Source of the DNA: Eledone cirrhosa
Lineage: Eukaryota
Length of the DNA stretch: 40,228 nucleotides
Direction of reading: 5' to 3'
Assembly (NCBI GenBank): GCA_964016885.1
Contig: CAXHJY010000440.1
Coordinates: 1 to 40,228, forward strand
The notes under the pieces are model-generated. The model did no database searches and was not told where the DNA came from. It saw only the letters and a list, made by a program, of their open reading frames with translations. Shown here piece after piece: positions 1 through 14,686 of the stretch (its first letter is position 1; every line of letters starts with the position of its first letter). The position numbers and the translations under genes were made by a program.

Positions 1-111
1 GTCCTGACTCTTTTCCTATTTCCGAATCTACTACCATAAGTATTGAGTACTCAGGTGCGTTATGGTACACCTGGTATCTTACCACACCCTGTTTGTTATG
101 TATATATGTAT

Positions 112-306
112 ATAAGTTTAACCCGGGTTCAATCGGGAGTAACCACATTCAGTAAGGTACTCAATACAAAGGAGAGTATGAATATTTAATATAGAAAAGG
201 CTTCTACAGGACTAGAACTGTTTATTCGGGAGAAATCATCAGGATGATGATTTCTCCCGAATGAAACAGTTCTAGTCCTGTAGAAGCCTTTTTCTATATT
301 AAATAT
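112..306 (-). mobile_element. Fold-back Penelope-like terminal-repeat remnant (family A, copy 1)
   Basis: Near-perfect inverted repeat, arms ~182-240 and ~247-306, plus a tail at 112-181, flanked by TA repeats. Homologous to 7323-7510. Both arms contain a damaged hammerhead core (TGATGA...GAAACAG...CTGTA). Confidence 0.65.
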
Positions 307-344
307 ATATATGTGTGTGTGTGTATTTTATATATATATAGTTG

Positions 345-603
345 TAAAGACCCCTTTAGGTCAAGAATGACCATGCATACCAGCCTCCCCTCTCCAGGCC
401 AGTGATGTTGTCCAAGGGGAAGGCAAGGGCCGATACAGCTTGGCACGAGTGGTATCGCAACTCATTTCTACAGCTGAATAAACTGGAGCAACGTGAAATA
501 AAGTATCTTGCTCAGTAACTCGACGGAAAGCCCGGTCTGAGAATCGAACTCACAACCTCAGGATTGTAAGCTGGTACTCTAACAACTAAGCCATGCGCCT
601 TCA
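345..603 (-). mobile_element. tRNA-derived SINE (CORE-like centre)
   Basis: The minus strand starts tgaaggcgcaTGGCTTAGTTGTTAGAG (A box) and has GAGTTCGATTC (B box). The centre GAGCAAGATACTTTATTTCACGTTGCTCCAG is shared with 4040-4298. Confidence 0.8.
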
Positions 604-604
604 C

Positions 605-635
<31 letters not shown>

Positions 636-703
636 CACACACATATATATATATAATATATATATATAAATAAATATATATATATATACATACATATAAA
701 TAA

Positions 704-740
<37 letters not shown>

Positions 741-741
741 G

Positions 742-775
<34 letters not shown>

Positions 776-780
776 AATAA

Positions 781-849
<69 letters not shown>

Positions 850-927
850 TACATACATATAAATAAATATACATATAAATAAATAAATAATATATATATA
901 TATATAATATATATATTATATATTATA

Positions 928-966
<39 letters not shown>

Positions 967-1092
967 GCACATTATATATATATACACATATATATATACA
1001 ACACACACATATATATATATATACACATATATATATATATACACATATATACATACATATATATGTATACACATATATACATACATATATAT

Positions 1093-1138
<46 letters not shown>

Positions 1139-1195
1139 ACATATACATACATATATATATATATACATGTACACACATACACACATATATATATC
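604..1195. repeat. (CA)n/(TA)n compound microsatellite
   Basis: Direct reading; explains the IY-repeat ORFs. Confidence 0.95.
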
Positions 1196-1629
1196 CTGGT
1201 AGAGGGTTAGGGACATAAACATTACGACATTGTTATAGGAACATGGTCATACGGATATAACAATAGATATATATATATACATAGAGATATTATGACGAGG
1301 GACACAGGATATAAACATGAAGATATCGTAGTGGTGACCTAGATGTAAAGATACACCATGATAGGACCATAGACAGTGATATGATATGGATATACGTATG
1401 ATTATATCTCTGTCGGTGTATTGCTATGAAGATGATAAGTCGCCATGATGTCTACAGGCTAAGGTAGGGCTATAGTAATTCGCCTATATCGAATATGATA
1501 ACAAGGTTGAACAGTTATATCCCGTGCTGATATCACACAGATATGGAACTGATGTATGTTAATATAGAAGAAGAAGCGATGTGGAGTTTCAGTCACATGA
1601 TATGGTGATAATTGAGATATGGACACAAC

Positions 1630-2040
1630 TACTGGGGTGGGCGGGGTCGTGGCGTTATGTTTACTACGATGATAATTATGATAACTAGTAATTGTGGTAG
1701 TGGCATTAGTGGTTTGGGGGGGTTATAATCAGGACGATGATGATGATGATAATTGTGGTAGTGGTGTTGGGAGGTAAGGATGATGACGACGATGAAGATT
1801 ATGATAAGTGTAATTGTGTTAGTGGTGGTAATGGTGTTGAGGGGATAATGATAAAGATGATGACGATGATGATGATGATTATGGTAACTGTAGTAATGGT
1901 GTTTGTGGTGTTGGGGTGTAATTATAAGGAGGAAGATGATGATGTGTATGATGGTGATGGTGATTATAATGATAATAATGATGGTAATGATAATGATGAT
2001 GACGATAATGGTAGCGATGCTGATGATAACGATGATAACA
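1630..2040. repeat. Degenerate (GAT/GGT/AAT)n low-complexity tract
   Basis: Trinucleotide-derived composition; explains ORFs 1629..2060 and 1737..2150. Confidence 0.8.
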
Positions 2041-2211
2041 TCGATCAGGTGATAGATCAAGCTCTGATCCAGTGGGTGATATCGTGTAGTTGCGTCTGTA
2101 CAGACAATATTAACCGAGAGTTTGACAAGATGTCAGTCAGTATGATGTAGTGATATTGTCAATCTGTTAGCCATGATAAATCAACAACAACGACAACAAC
2201 ACCAGCACTAA

Positions 2212-2432
2212 TAATGGTTTCTACTATAGGCACAAGGCCAGTAATTTGAGGAAAGGGGCAATCAATTAATATAGACCCAGTGCATTACTGGTACTTTATT
2301 TTATCGCCCCGGGAAGGATGAAAGGCAAAGCTAACCTTGGTGGGATTTGAACTCAGAACATAAAGGGCCATACATCTATGCTACGAATCATGGTGCCCGA
2401 CGCTCTAACGTTTACCGCCAATCCACCACCCT
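2212..2432 (-). mobile_element. tRNA-derived SINE with (ATT)n tail (family N; Nin-domain-like core)
   Basis: Minus strand has an A-box-like TTGGCGGTAAACGTTAGAG, B box GAGTTCAAATCC, core GCCTTTCATCCTT..GGGCGATAAAATAAAGTACCAG and tail GGCCTTGTGCCTATAGTAGAAACCATTATT. More than 10 copies in the window. Confidence 0.85.
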
Positions 2433-2769
2433 AATAATAATAATCAATATAATTTCTTGGCCATAAGGGCCGAAGACTTTGGGGAAACGTGATAATTTGT
2501 TTTAGCTAAGGCATGTTAGTGTTGTTGTTATTGCTGTTGTAAGTATTGATGCTGTTCTTGTTGTTATTGTGATTGTTCGTGTTTTTACCTCACCACTAAT
2601 ACACATATCATCAATGTGGGGGTAGGATTTACATTGCAGTGAGCATACGACTGCTGCTGCTGATGATGATGCTGGCCATTAATATCATCATCAAAAGCTT
2701 GCCAGCCATGACTCCCCCATCATAATATATCAGTGATTGTTTATGACGGAGAACATTATTCATTTGACG

Positions 2770-3215
2770 CTGCATATCTGAACAGTTAAGAAGTTGCAAT
2801 TAGGTCTCGGGTTCGATCTCAGTGAAGTTAATCTTGGACAAGTGTAATTTAACATAGCCTCCCGGTTGACCTATACTTTATGAGTGAAATTGGTTAGACA
2901 GAAACTATTTAGAACCCCGCTGGGTGGACTTTACCTGTAATTCCCAAGTTCAACTTCGTCTGACGCTGTGAATCTGAATCTCTATGAAAATTTCGTTTAG
3001 TGTACAGATACATAGCGCCACTTACACGTTAGTATTATAAGACGGTTTCCTTGTTAGAACAGGATGAAAAATATCAATTCCACGATATTATGGAATGTGT
3101 CCTTCATTCCTTTATGTTTAAGGTGTGTAGAGAGGCGATTCCGGGGAGAATTGGCTGCTATTTCTTACTGGTCAAATGACCGGGTGAAGACGCTACTTCG
3201 TCGTCTCGGTTAGTT
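2770..3215 (+). mobile_element. Old degenerate tRNA-derived SINE
   Basis: GGGTTCGATCTC B-box-like motif (~2809) followed by a CTTGGACAAGTG core-like motif; boundaries uncertain. Confidence 0.4.
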
Positions 3216-3284
3216 TAACTTAATTAATGATAACGTTAGTTGTGTTGATTCCAACCATTGGCATGACATGTTCTAGAAATAATG

Positions 3285-3502
3285 GATTTTGATTTAGGCA
3301 CAAGGCCAGCAATTTGGGGGGAGAGGAAGTCGATTAAATCAACCTCACTGTATTATTGGTACTTTAATTTATCGACCTCCTTTAGGATGAAAGGCAAAGT
3401 CAAACTAGGGGGGAATTGAACTCAGAACGCAAAGGGCCATAACTCTATGCCGTAAAGCATGGTATCTGACTCTCTGCTGATACTGCCAATCCGCCGCCTT
3501 CA
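3285..3502 (-). mobile_element. SINE family N
   Basis: Aligns with 2212-2432 and 13068-13285 (aggcacaaggccagc...ggatgaaaggcaaag...tgaactcagaac...tactgccaatcc). Confidence 0.85.
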
Positions 3503-3999
3503 TGTTCGAGAAATAATGCAAAAAAAAGGTCCACCATATCATTGCTACTTTGTTTTAGAATAACCCCGTGGTAACTGAAAGCCATTAGTTGCTTCAGAGA
3601 AAATAGAACACGAATAATAGAGATATGAATATAGATACACATATATTTATATATATATAAATATATATATATAAATATCTATATATAAATATCTATACAC
3701 ATATTTATTTATATGTATAAATATATACATAAATATATATATATATAGGCATATATTTATTTATGTACATAAATATATGTGTGCGTATTTGGCGGGTAAA
3801 AATAATTTAATTGTCAAAGCTCTTTCGTCACACATTCTGTGCACTCCTCGGGTTTTATTTTGTGTTTCTCCATTGTTCTGTCCTACACCATCATGTTTTG
3901 TGTGTTGTCTGCTTAGTTATATATATATAGATATATATATATCTATATATATATATACATAGTTATATATAGTTCAAATATATATATACATAGTTATAT

Positions 4000-4039
<40 letters not shown>

Positions 4040-4042
<3 letters not shown>

Positions 4043-4298
4043 TGTTTTGTGTTGTTACAGCACACGCCTATGCAGGTTTAGCTGGCCTCCTCTAAGGTAT
4101 ATCTCGTTGAAGGTGTCTTGGGAGATTTAATGATAGGGACCCCAGTCCTATCATCTCATTTATTCAGCTGAGTAAACAGGAGCAACGTGAAATAAAGTGT
4201 CTTGCTCAAGGAAATAACACATCACCCGGTCCGAGAATTGAACTCACAGCCTTTCGATTGCAAGCACAATGCTCTAACCACTAAGCCATGCACCTTCA
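4040..4298 (-). mobile_element. tRNA-derived SINE (CORE-like centre)
   Basis: Head tgaaggtgcaTGGCTTAGTGGTTAGAG...GAGTTCAATTC. Same head and centre as 345-603 but a different tail, which resembles 17660-17745. Confidence 0.8.
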
Positions 4299-4299
4299 C

Positions 4300-6520
<2,221 letters not shown>

Positions 6521-7014
6521 TAGAGAGGAAGGAAGGGAGAGGGCGTAGATATATATTGCACATGCATTTACATTAATACATATATATTATCAGATATAAA
6601 ACAGACTTAAACCTATATTTACACACAACTTGATAGTTATGGCCATACATATGCACACTTGCAAACAAATACACATACACAGACTCATTGAACTAGCCTA
6701 TAAACACACACACACACAAACAGGCATCCAAACACACACACCCTAATATAGATGATGATATAAGGTAAGAGAAGTAAAAAAAACCTGAAGCACTTACAGG
6801 AAAAAAGTGTCTTTCCAGCGAGAAGGAATGGCGTAGAACTATGACAACCACAATATATAAGAGAGAAAGATATATAAACCACTATTTACACCACAGTCCG
6901 GAACTATGAGAACGGCAGTCCGGCCTTCTTAACCTATTGTTTTTCCAAAGTTACACTCCCAACCTATGTCCTACTTTACACTTGTTTTCGCTCTAACATC
7001 CGCCAAGACACACA

Positions 7015-7045
<31 letters not shown>

Positions 7046-7250
7046 TATACAAAGAGAGAAAGACAGAGAGACAGAAACATATACACACATATATATATAT
7101 AGACACGCATACACAGGGATACATGCACTTACATACAATTCTTTCTCCCCACTTCTCTCTCTCCTTCACTTAGCTCCTGTTTCAGGCAACACTTTGTTTA
7201 CCCAAACCCAGAAAAAGACACATACGCACATACATACATTTATACATACA

Positions 7251-7316
<66 letters not shown>

Positions 7317-7322
7317 ATATAC

Positions 7323-7510
7323 ATAAGTTTATCCCGGGTTCAATCGGGGGTAACCACGGTAAGAAAGGTACTCAATACAAAGCAGAGTATTAATATTTAA
7401 TATAGAAATGGCTTCTATAGAACTCTTTCATTCGGGAGATATTATCCTGATGATTTCTCCCGAATGAAACAGTTCTAGTCCTGTAGAAGCCATTTCTATA
7501 TTAAATATAT
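7323..7510 (-). mobile_element. Fold-back Penelope-like terminal-repeat remnant (family A, copy 2)
   Basis: Homologous to 112-306; inverted arms ~7393-7446 and 7447-7508. Confidence 0.65.
7445..7490 (+). ncRNA. Type I hammerhead ribozyme motif, stem I truncated
   Basis: tc-CTGATGA-tttctcccgaat-GAA-ACAG-ttctagtc-CTGT-A-ga: intact core, 4-bp stem III, GUA triplet, weak stem II, only 2 bp of stem I left by the inversion breakpoint. Confidence 0.55.
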
Positions 7511-7555
7511 CAAAATGAATACAAATTTACATATTAATTCACTCACAATTATAAA

Positions 7556-7594
<39 letters not shown>

Positions 7595-7693
7595 GAAAAC
7601 AGGGAGAAAGAGACGATTATTAGGAAGAAAAATAAGTTTTTACTTTTTTTGTTTCTCTCTCTCTTTTTTCTGGGTTAGAAAATGATTATAACG

Positions 7694-7736
<43 letters not shown>

Positions 7737-7766
7737 GTTTTAATCATTTTCTCTCTCACTCACTCA

Positions 7767-7828
<62 letters not shown>

Positions 7829-7893
7829 TGAGAGAGAGTGAGTGAGTGAGAGTGAGAGAGAGAGAAAGAGAGAGTGAGTGAGTGGGAGAGAGT

Positions 7894-8193
7894 GAGTTAG
7901 TTCCACAACAAATTAGCAAACTATACTCGAGGACACGCGTTTCACCCAACGGATATACAGCCCGAGTGACATTGTGTTGTGGAACTAACTCTAAACCGAA
8001 CTCGTCCTCTGGACTGAGTGATCTACTTATATATATATATAATAAATACAAAGACCAAAATCCAGAGAGGACACGATAAAGGTTGTACACACACACATAT
8101 ACATACACACACACATATATATATATATATGTGTGTTGTGTGTACAACCCTCGGCGAGTCCTCTCTGGATTTTGGTCTTTGTATTTATTATTA

Positions 8194-8195
<2 letters not shown>
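7894..8195. mobile_element. Fold-back remnants (family B) with degenerate hammerhead fold
   Basis: Inverted repeats 7894-7910/7975-7991 and ~8041-8072/8158-8189. Minus strand 7925-7967 reads actcggg-CTGTATA-tccgttgggt-GAAAC-gcgt-GTC-ctcgagt (7-bp stem I, non-canonical core). Confidence 0.5.
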
Positions 8196-8232
<37 letters not shown>

Positions 8233-8746
8233 CCATGTACTACAACGGTGCCATACCAAGTATGTGCGTTTCGTTAGCCCTCAGGACTAACTTGAATCAA
8301 CCTATGCCGGTGGAAATGAACCTTTTCCTATTAATACTATAATCAGCAATTAGCACCAAATCCATATACGAAACCATCGTAAGTACATTACCTATACGTG
8401 GTCATGTTATATGCTAGAAGTAGCAGTTATATTTCCTTAACTAACGGCTTGCCCGTCATTAAGGAGTGATGATACGTTGAACAATGTAGTCTTAAATACT
8501 TGAATACCTCACAGCTCCGCTAAATAAGAGCTGGTCTGCTGCCTACCTGCACCAATAACATGTATACATGTGTGTACTCTGTATGAGTAAGTATATATGT
8601 GTATGTTAGTGTGTATGCATGTGTTTATGGATGTGCGTATGCATTTCTTTGTGTGTCTGTGTACGTGTGTACCTAAAGGTTGTGTTCGACTTGTTTATTG
8701 AAAAACACGTATATTGGTTTTGCTAGTGGCTTTCTCATTACGTATA

Positions 8747-8937
<191 letters not shown>

Positions 8938-9274
8938 CTGCGTGCGTATTTTCGTTTGTTGAGAGAGAAAGAGTGAGAGACAAAGAAAGAAAGTGGAAAA
9001 AATTAGAGAGAGAAAAGAAAACAGAAAGAAAGCAAAAAGAAAGAGAGAAAAGAACAGTGGATGAAGTGAAGAAATCAATCTTAGCTATGATCAGTAGACG
9101 TATTTAGATCTGTCCTGATACAACTACATGTCTGTAGATCAATAGATCGATAGAATTTGATTTTTAACAACAATTGACATGGCCTGAATTTTGAAAATCC
9201 TGGCAGAAAATCCAGTCTTTATTTTTTGTAAAAGATTTTTACCATATTTTATAATTTTGATAAAGAACCCGCCT

Positions 9275-9465
9275 CAAAATAATGGCAGAAATGCCTACAC
9301 ATTTTAGAGGAAGAACAAAGTCATTTGCATCAGACCCAATACTCGACTGTTACTTTATTTTATCAATGTTGGTAGGATGAAAGGCAAAATTGACCTTGGC
9401 GAGATTTCAACTCAGAATGTAAATTTTGTCCCACGCGCTAACGATTTTACCAATCCACCACTCTT
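9275..9465 (-). mobile_element. SINE family N (diverged)
   Basis: tactttattttatc...ggatgaaaggcaaa...caactcagaatg...ccaatccacc. Confidence 0.75.
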
Positions 9466-9481
9466 CAGTAAAATAATGATA

Positions 9482-10106
9482 ATTTCTTTATTAGCCACAC
9501 ATGGTTGACATTAAGGAAACATTAAAGACGGGACAGGATGATACAGTATGCTTGTGTGTGTGTATGGGGTGTATGGGGTGTAAAATGAAATTTTATAAAA
9601 GAGACTAAGAAAATAAACATTTAAAAACAAACATAACAAATACCTCAAGTTCACACGGTCATTCCAGTCTCCAAGCTATGTGTCTCTCGCGGCCTTCGCT
9701 TGACCCAAGATTGGAGTTCCGGTAAGGAGATAAGCTGGGTGAAAACGTGTCTAGCGAACAATGACCACACCTGTTCACCATCCATCAAAATTTGGAGATG
9801 TAGCCTCAGCGCATGTTTGCACATCATCAGCCACGGGATGCCCAGTCTTCTACGTAGCGGGAGTTGACAGCAGATAGACCACCTGACCAATGGAACATGG
9901 GCTCTCCACAAAAAGCGAAAGAGTAGACGTTCCAGTGCAGTCAGACGTGAGTTAGGATAAGGCACGATCGCCAGGCGGTAGTAGATAACGGACGCGAAAG
10001 CTTCTTCTCAAGGATAGCTTCTTCACAGCCAATTTCTGGGTTAGACAGACCACCTTGCATGTTACTTCTTCCTAGTTTTTGTCTATCAGGACGTCTGGTC
10101 CAAACC
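9482..10106 (-). mobile_element. L1/Tx1-like LINE fragment (RT thumb region joined to 3' UTR)
   Basis: Translates across frameshifts as WFGPD..KN*EEV..KV..L.QK...KKLSL / SVIYYRLAIVPYP..RLTALERLLFRFLW...PLVRWSICC..P....LGIP. The 3' end matches the ends at 23407 and 24100 (AATAAAGAAA + ATT repeat). Confidence 0.75.
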
Positions 10107-10139
10107 ATAATAATAATAATGATAGTAATAATAAGAATG

Positions 10140-10188
<49 letters not shown>
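10107..10188. repeat. (AAT)n microsatellite
   Basis: Direct reading. Confidence 0.95.
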
Positions 10189-10189
<1 letters not shown>

Positions 10190-10216
10190 TGGCCACAAGG
10201 GCTGACAATAATAATA

Positions 10217-11172
10217 GGAAGATGTCTTATCAGCATAGAGGACTGTGTTCAGATGGAGAAAAACAACCTGCTCAAATACGTGACTGACAGTAGGGAGCCA
10301 ATGCTCAGAATTGTATTGAAGGAGAGGACAATAGACCAGGGGATGTCCAAGGAGGAAATAACAGCAAGGAGGAAGAGCAACCTTCATGAAAAATCCCTTC
10401 ATAGTACCTTCTTTGAGAAAAGTGAATTTAGAGATCCACAGACATGGAACTGATTAAAAAGAGGACACCTTAAGAAGGCTACAGAAGGAATGCTAATGGC
10501 TGCGCAAGAGCAGGCCCTCAGAACGAAGTGGGTGAAACACCATATTTACAAGGAGGAGGCTATCCCACTGTGTAGGATCTGTGGAGAGAGAGGAGACTGT
10601 GGCTCACATTGTATCCGAGTGTAAACACCTAGCCCAGACTCACTATAAAGGCTGGAGACATGATGTGTTAGAGAGGATGATCCACTGGCAGCTATGCAAA
10701 CCTAACAATTTACCACATTCTGAGAAGCGCTGATGGAAAACGATCAGGTGAAGGTGCTATGGTATTTTAGGATACAGACGGACAAGAAACTGGAACACAA
10801 TAGACCTGACCTGGTGGTTTTGGACGAGGAAAAAAGATCGTGCCTGAGAGTGCAAGAAAGGGAGAGGGAGAAAGTTAACCGATACCAGGGCTTAAAGTGG
10901 GTGTTAAAAAGGATTTGGAACTGCCATGAAATCAAGGTCGTCCCGATTATCATAGGAGCACTAGGTACTATCTCGAAGAGTTTCCAAGGATGGTTAAAGA
11001 AGATTAGTCCAGCCCCGCTTTTTGGAACACTTCAAAAAGACATGCTTGCTGGGGACAGCAAGAACCCTCCGAAACTTTCTGAATATCTGAGGCTGCAGGT
11101 AGCGGCTTGATATTCATTTCTACAAACCTTCCAGTTAAATAAAAATAACATCAATGACTGAGACTCAAAGAA
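10217..11172 (+). mobile_element. R4/Dong-like LINE 3' fragment (CCHC knuckle + restriction-like endonuclease), decayed
   Basis: LKKATEGMLMAAQEQALRT, CRICGE..ETVAHIVSEC, RHD..IHW, NRPDLVVLD, PIIIGALG; stops and deletions; ends in (AAT)n; near-identical to 22746-23257. Confidence 0.9.
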
Positions 11173-11185
11173 CAATAATAATAAT

Positions 11186-11335
11186 AATTGTTTCTACTTT
11201 AGGCACAAGGCCTGCAATTACTCCAGTGCATTACTGGTACTTTATTTTATCGACCCCGTAGGGATGAAATGCAAAGTTAACCTCAGCTGGATTTGAATTA
11301 CGTAAAGGGACATAACTCTATGCTACAAAGCATAG
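11186..11335 (-). mobile_element. SINE family N (short-linker subfamily)
   Basis: attgtttctactttaggcacaagg...gcattactggtactttattttatcgacccc. Confidence 0.85.
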
Positions 11336-12070
11336 TTGACACCACGACCATCATCGTCCTCACCGTCATCCTCCTCCGCCATACTCATCATCATCATCAT
11401 CATCACTCATGTGCTCATTATTAACTGTTCCCGCATGAAGATTATTTTCATCAACATCATCGCTATAGCTATCACCATCATATAGACGTCACATTCACCA
11501 TTATCCCTATCGTCTTCATTATCATCCCCACTCCAACATAACATAGCTTTTCCGTTGTTAGTCAATTGATAAAACACTGAAATCATGTGTTGTACGAGCC
11601 AGCGAAGTCGTCCCTAAGTTTCCACTTTACCAGCTAGAAACAGCAGCTATTTTACTTTCAAATAACCTCACTTTTCTTTATAATACAGTGCGGTTAAACT
11701 ATGTTTTTAAAAATTGACGAGATGGCCACATGTAGAATGTCTGACCATTTGTCTATTGGGTGATGGCAACTTGGGGCTAAATAACTACCACGTGTGTGTA
11801 TACGAGTGTAAATACTGGTTTGAGTACACCGTGTATGCGTGTATTATTTCGTGATGTATACGTGTATTAGTACTCCGTGTATGTGTATGTGTTTTGCTAT
11901 AAAATAGCTTCTAAAATCGGCTAAAGACCTTAAGAGACACTCTTTATAAGCTATTTTATAGCAAATGGCTGCAACTGCAGTTATTTTCTGCGTCTGAGCT
12001 TCCTACATCTTTTATAAACTTATTACCTCGGCGTTTTGTAAGTTATATTTTTGTGTCAATGTTAAGTTCT

Positions 12071-12160
12071 CGCCAAGCTAGTATATAAGACCCTTTCAAT
12101 CGCCAAGCTACGATCTAGGACCTTTTCAATCGGCAAGCTACTATGTAGGTTCGTTTCAAT
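12071..12160. repeat. 30-bp tandem repeat x3
   Basis: cgccaagcta...tttcaat units start at 12071, 12101 and 12131. Confidence 0.85.
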
Positions 12161-12359
12161 ACAGTATGTGTACCAATTGTCTTCACAACACGACTGAAGC
12201 GTTACAAATAGAAAAGGTTTGAGGAGCTTTGAGTTAAGACAATTTGTTAAAAGTTAAGAAGAGACTCTTTTATAAAAAAGAAAAAAAGGTGCTTAAAAAG
12301 ACAACATAGATGAGGTTAGTGGTCAGTGATTAAAATCTGGAACAAACAGCCATTTCACA

Positions 12360-12703
12360 TACTATCGGGTCTCAAATAATGCCCCGCCCCACACGCTTAT
12401 TAATTTTAAAGTTTTTTCCAACCGCCTCGCTCTTACCCCACCTCTTATTAAATTTTGCTAATCTTTTTCCGGCGAAATTTTGTTTTAAGTGGTAGCATTC
12501 CCTTGACAATTAATTTTCTTTGGACATTGAAAACCATTATACATGACAAAATAATAAGTACATTACTAGAAATCCCATACGTTACAAAATAAATGACTAA
12601 TTTGGGTTTTTAAAAACTTCAAGGAAGACAACTAAGAAAAATTTCCGATTTTCTTCCGCACAACCCCGCTTATTCCGCCCTACCCGCTTGGGATCCAAGA
12701 GTA
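12360..12703. mobile_element. Old MITE-like element with TA ends
   Basis: Imperfect terminal inverted repeats tactatcgggtctcaa / ttgggatccaagagta; internal repeated c(g/t)cttatt motifs. Confidence 0.45.
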
Positions 12704-13067
12704 GCTAACATCTGTTTAGTGTTACATATATATTATTGTTAGACGAAGTATTCACAACGGTCGCCTTGAGTAAGATATTTTTATTCATTTTGCTCTAGTT
12801 CGCTCTAATAGCGAAAATTAGTAGTATCTGAAATTGAAAGTGCCACCACTGTGGTACACTGCGTCATGCTGAATCTCCCTAAGAATTATGTTTAGAGTAA
12901 GCGTGTCAGCCATTTACCCGCCAAGTTCACACACATAAATAGTTTTGGGGCAGAATAATGACCGGCTCATACATGACTGGACTACGGAGATATATGTACA
13001 CACTTCTGCCTGTCAGTATTCCTATTTATTCACCATCACAACTATCATCATCGCTACTACTAATACT

Positions 13068-13285
13068 CATTTCTAGTATAGGCACAAGGCCAGTAATTTG
13101 GTGGCAGGGGAAAGTCGATTAAGTTGACCCCAGTACATTACTGGTACTTTATTTTATCGACCCCGTAAGGATGAAGGGCAAAGTTAACCTCGGCGGGATT
13201 TGAATTCAGACCGTAAAGGGCCGTAACTATGCAGCAAAGCGTGGTGTCTGACTCTCTACCGATACTGCCAATCATCTTCCCCCGG
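13068..13285 (-). mobile_element. SINE family N, near full length
   Basis: A box TGGCAGTATCGGTAGAG, B-box-like GAATTCAAATCC, core and tail as in 2212-2432. Confidence 0.88.
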
Positions 13286-13304
13286 TCGCTACTACTAATA
13301 ATAA

Positions 13305-14686
13305 TAAACATGTACCGTAAACTAAACTGTACACTAAACTAAACTGTACAGTAAACTAAACTGTACAGTAAACTAAACTGTACAGTAAACTAAACTGTGC
13401 ACTAAACTAAACTGTACACTAAACTAAACTGTACAGTAAACTAAACTGTACACTAAACTAAACTGTACACTAAACTAAACTGTACAGTAAAATAAACTGT
13501 ACACTAAACTAAACTGTACACTAAACTAAACTGTACACTAAACTAAACTGTACCCTAAACTAAACTGTACAGTAAAATAAACTGTACACTAATCTAAACT
13601 GTACAGTAAACTAAACTGTACACTAAACTAAACTGTACACTAAACTAAACATGTACAGTAAACTAAACTGTACACTAAACTAAACTGTACCGTAAACTAA
13701 ACTGTACCGTAAACTAAATTGTACCGTAAACTAAACTGTAGACTAAACTAAACTGTACAGTAAACTAAACTGTACACTAAACTAAACTGTACAGTAAACT
13801 AAACTGTACAGTAAACTAAACTGTACACTAAACTAAACTGTACAGTAAACTAAACTGTACACTAAACTAAACTGTACACTAAACTAAACTGTACACTAAA
13901 CTAAACTGTACAGTAAACTACACTGTACACTAAACTAAACTGTACAGTAAACTAAACTACAGTAAACTAAACTGTACACTAAACTAAACTGTACACTAAA
14001 CTAAACTGTACAGTAAACTAAACTGTACACTAAACTAAACTGTACACTAAACTAAACTGTACAGTAAACTAAAATGTACACTAAACTAAACTGTACCGTA
14101 AACTAAACTGTACAGTAAACTTAACTGTACAGTAAACTAAACTGTACAGTAAACTACACTGTACACTAAACTAAACTGTACAGTAAACTAAACTACAGTA
14201 AACTAAACTGTACACTAAACTAAACTGTACACTAAACTAAACTGTACAGTAAACTAAACTGTACACTAAACTAAACTGTACAGTAAACTAAACTGTACAG
14301 TAAACTAAACTGTACACTAAACTAAACTGTACAGTAAACTAAACTGTACACTAAACTAAACTGTACAGTAAACTAAACTGTACACTAAACTAAACTGTAC
14401 ACTAAACTAAACTGTACAGTAAACTAAACTGTACAGTAAACTAAACTGTACACTAAACTAAACTGTACAGTAAACTAAACTGTACACTAAACTAAACTGT
14501 ACACTAAACTAAACTGTACACTAAACTAAACTGTACAGTAAACTAAACTGTACACTAAACTAAACTGTACAGTAAACTAAACTGTACACTAAACTAAACT
14601 GTACAGTAAACTAAACTGTACACTAAAGTAAACTGTACACTAAACTAAACTGTACACTAAACTAAACTGTACAGTAAACTAAACTG
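13305..14686. repeat. 17-bp minisatellite, about 80 units, AAACTAAACTGTACA(C/G)T
   Basis: Direct reading; two main variants, plus rare GTACCGT units and small indels. Confidence 0.97.

Noticed and set aside
1-100. Possible further PLE-like terminal fragment (gtattgagtac resembles the family A tail)
   Set aside because: Similarity is too short and the sequence is cut by the window edge.
530-603. tRNA gene at SINE heads (also ~4225-4298, 16790-16862, 17545-17610)
   Set aside because: A/B boxes are followed by SINE bodies, with no complete cloverleaf or acceptor stem.
1737-2150. Acidic D/N-rich ORF
   Set aside because: Derived from degenerate GAT repeats; no recognisable domain or clear splice structure.
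11893-11965. 18-bp inverted repeat enclosing ctaaaga...gacac
   Set aside because: Could be another decayed fold-back, but both core strands deviate from the hammerhead consensus.
13305-14686. CRISPR-like regular repeat
   Set aside because: No unique spacers and a eukaryotic context; it is a minisatellite.
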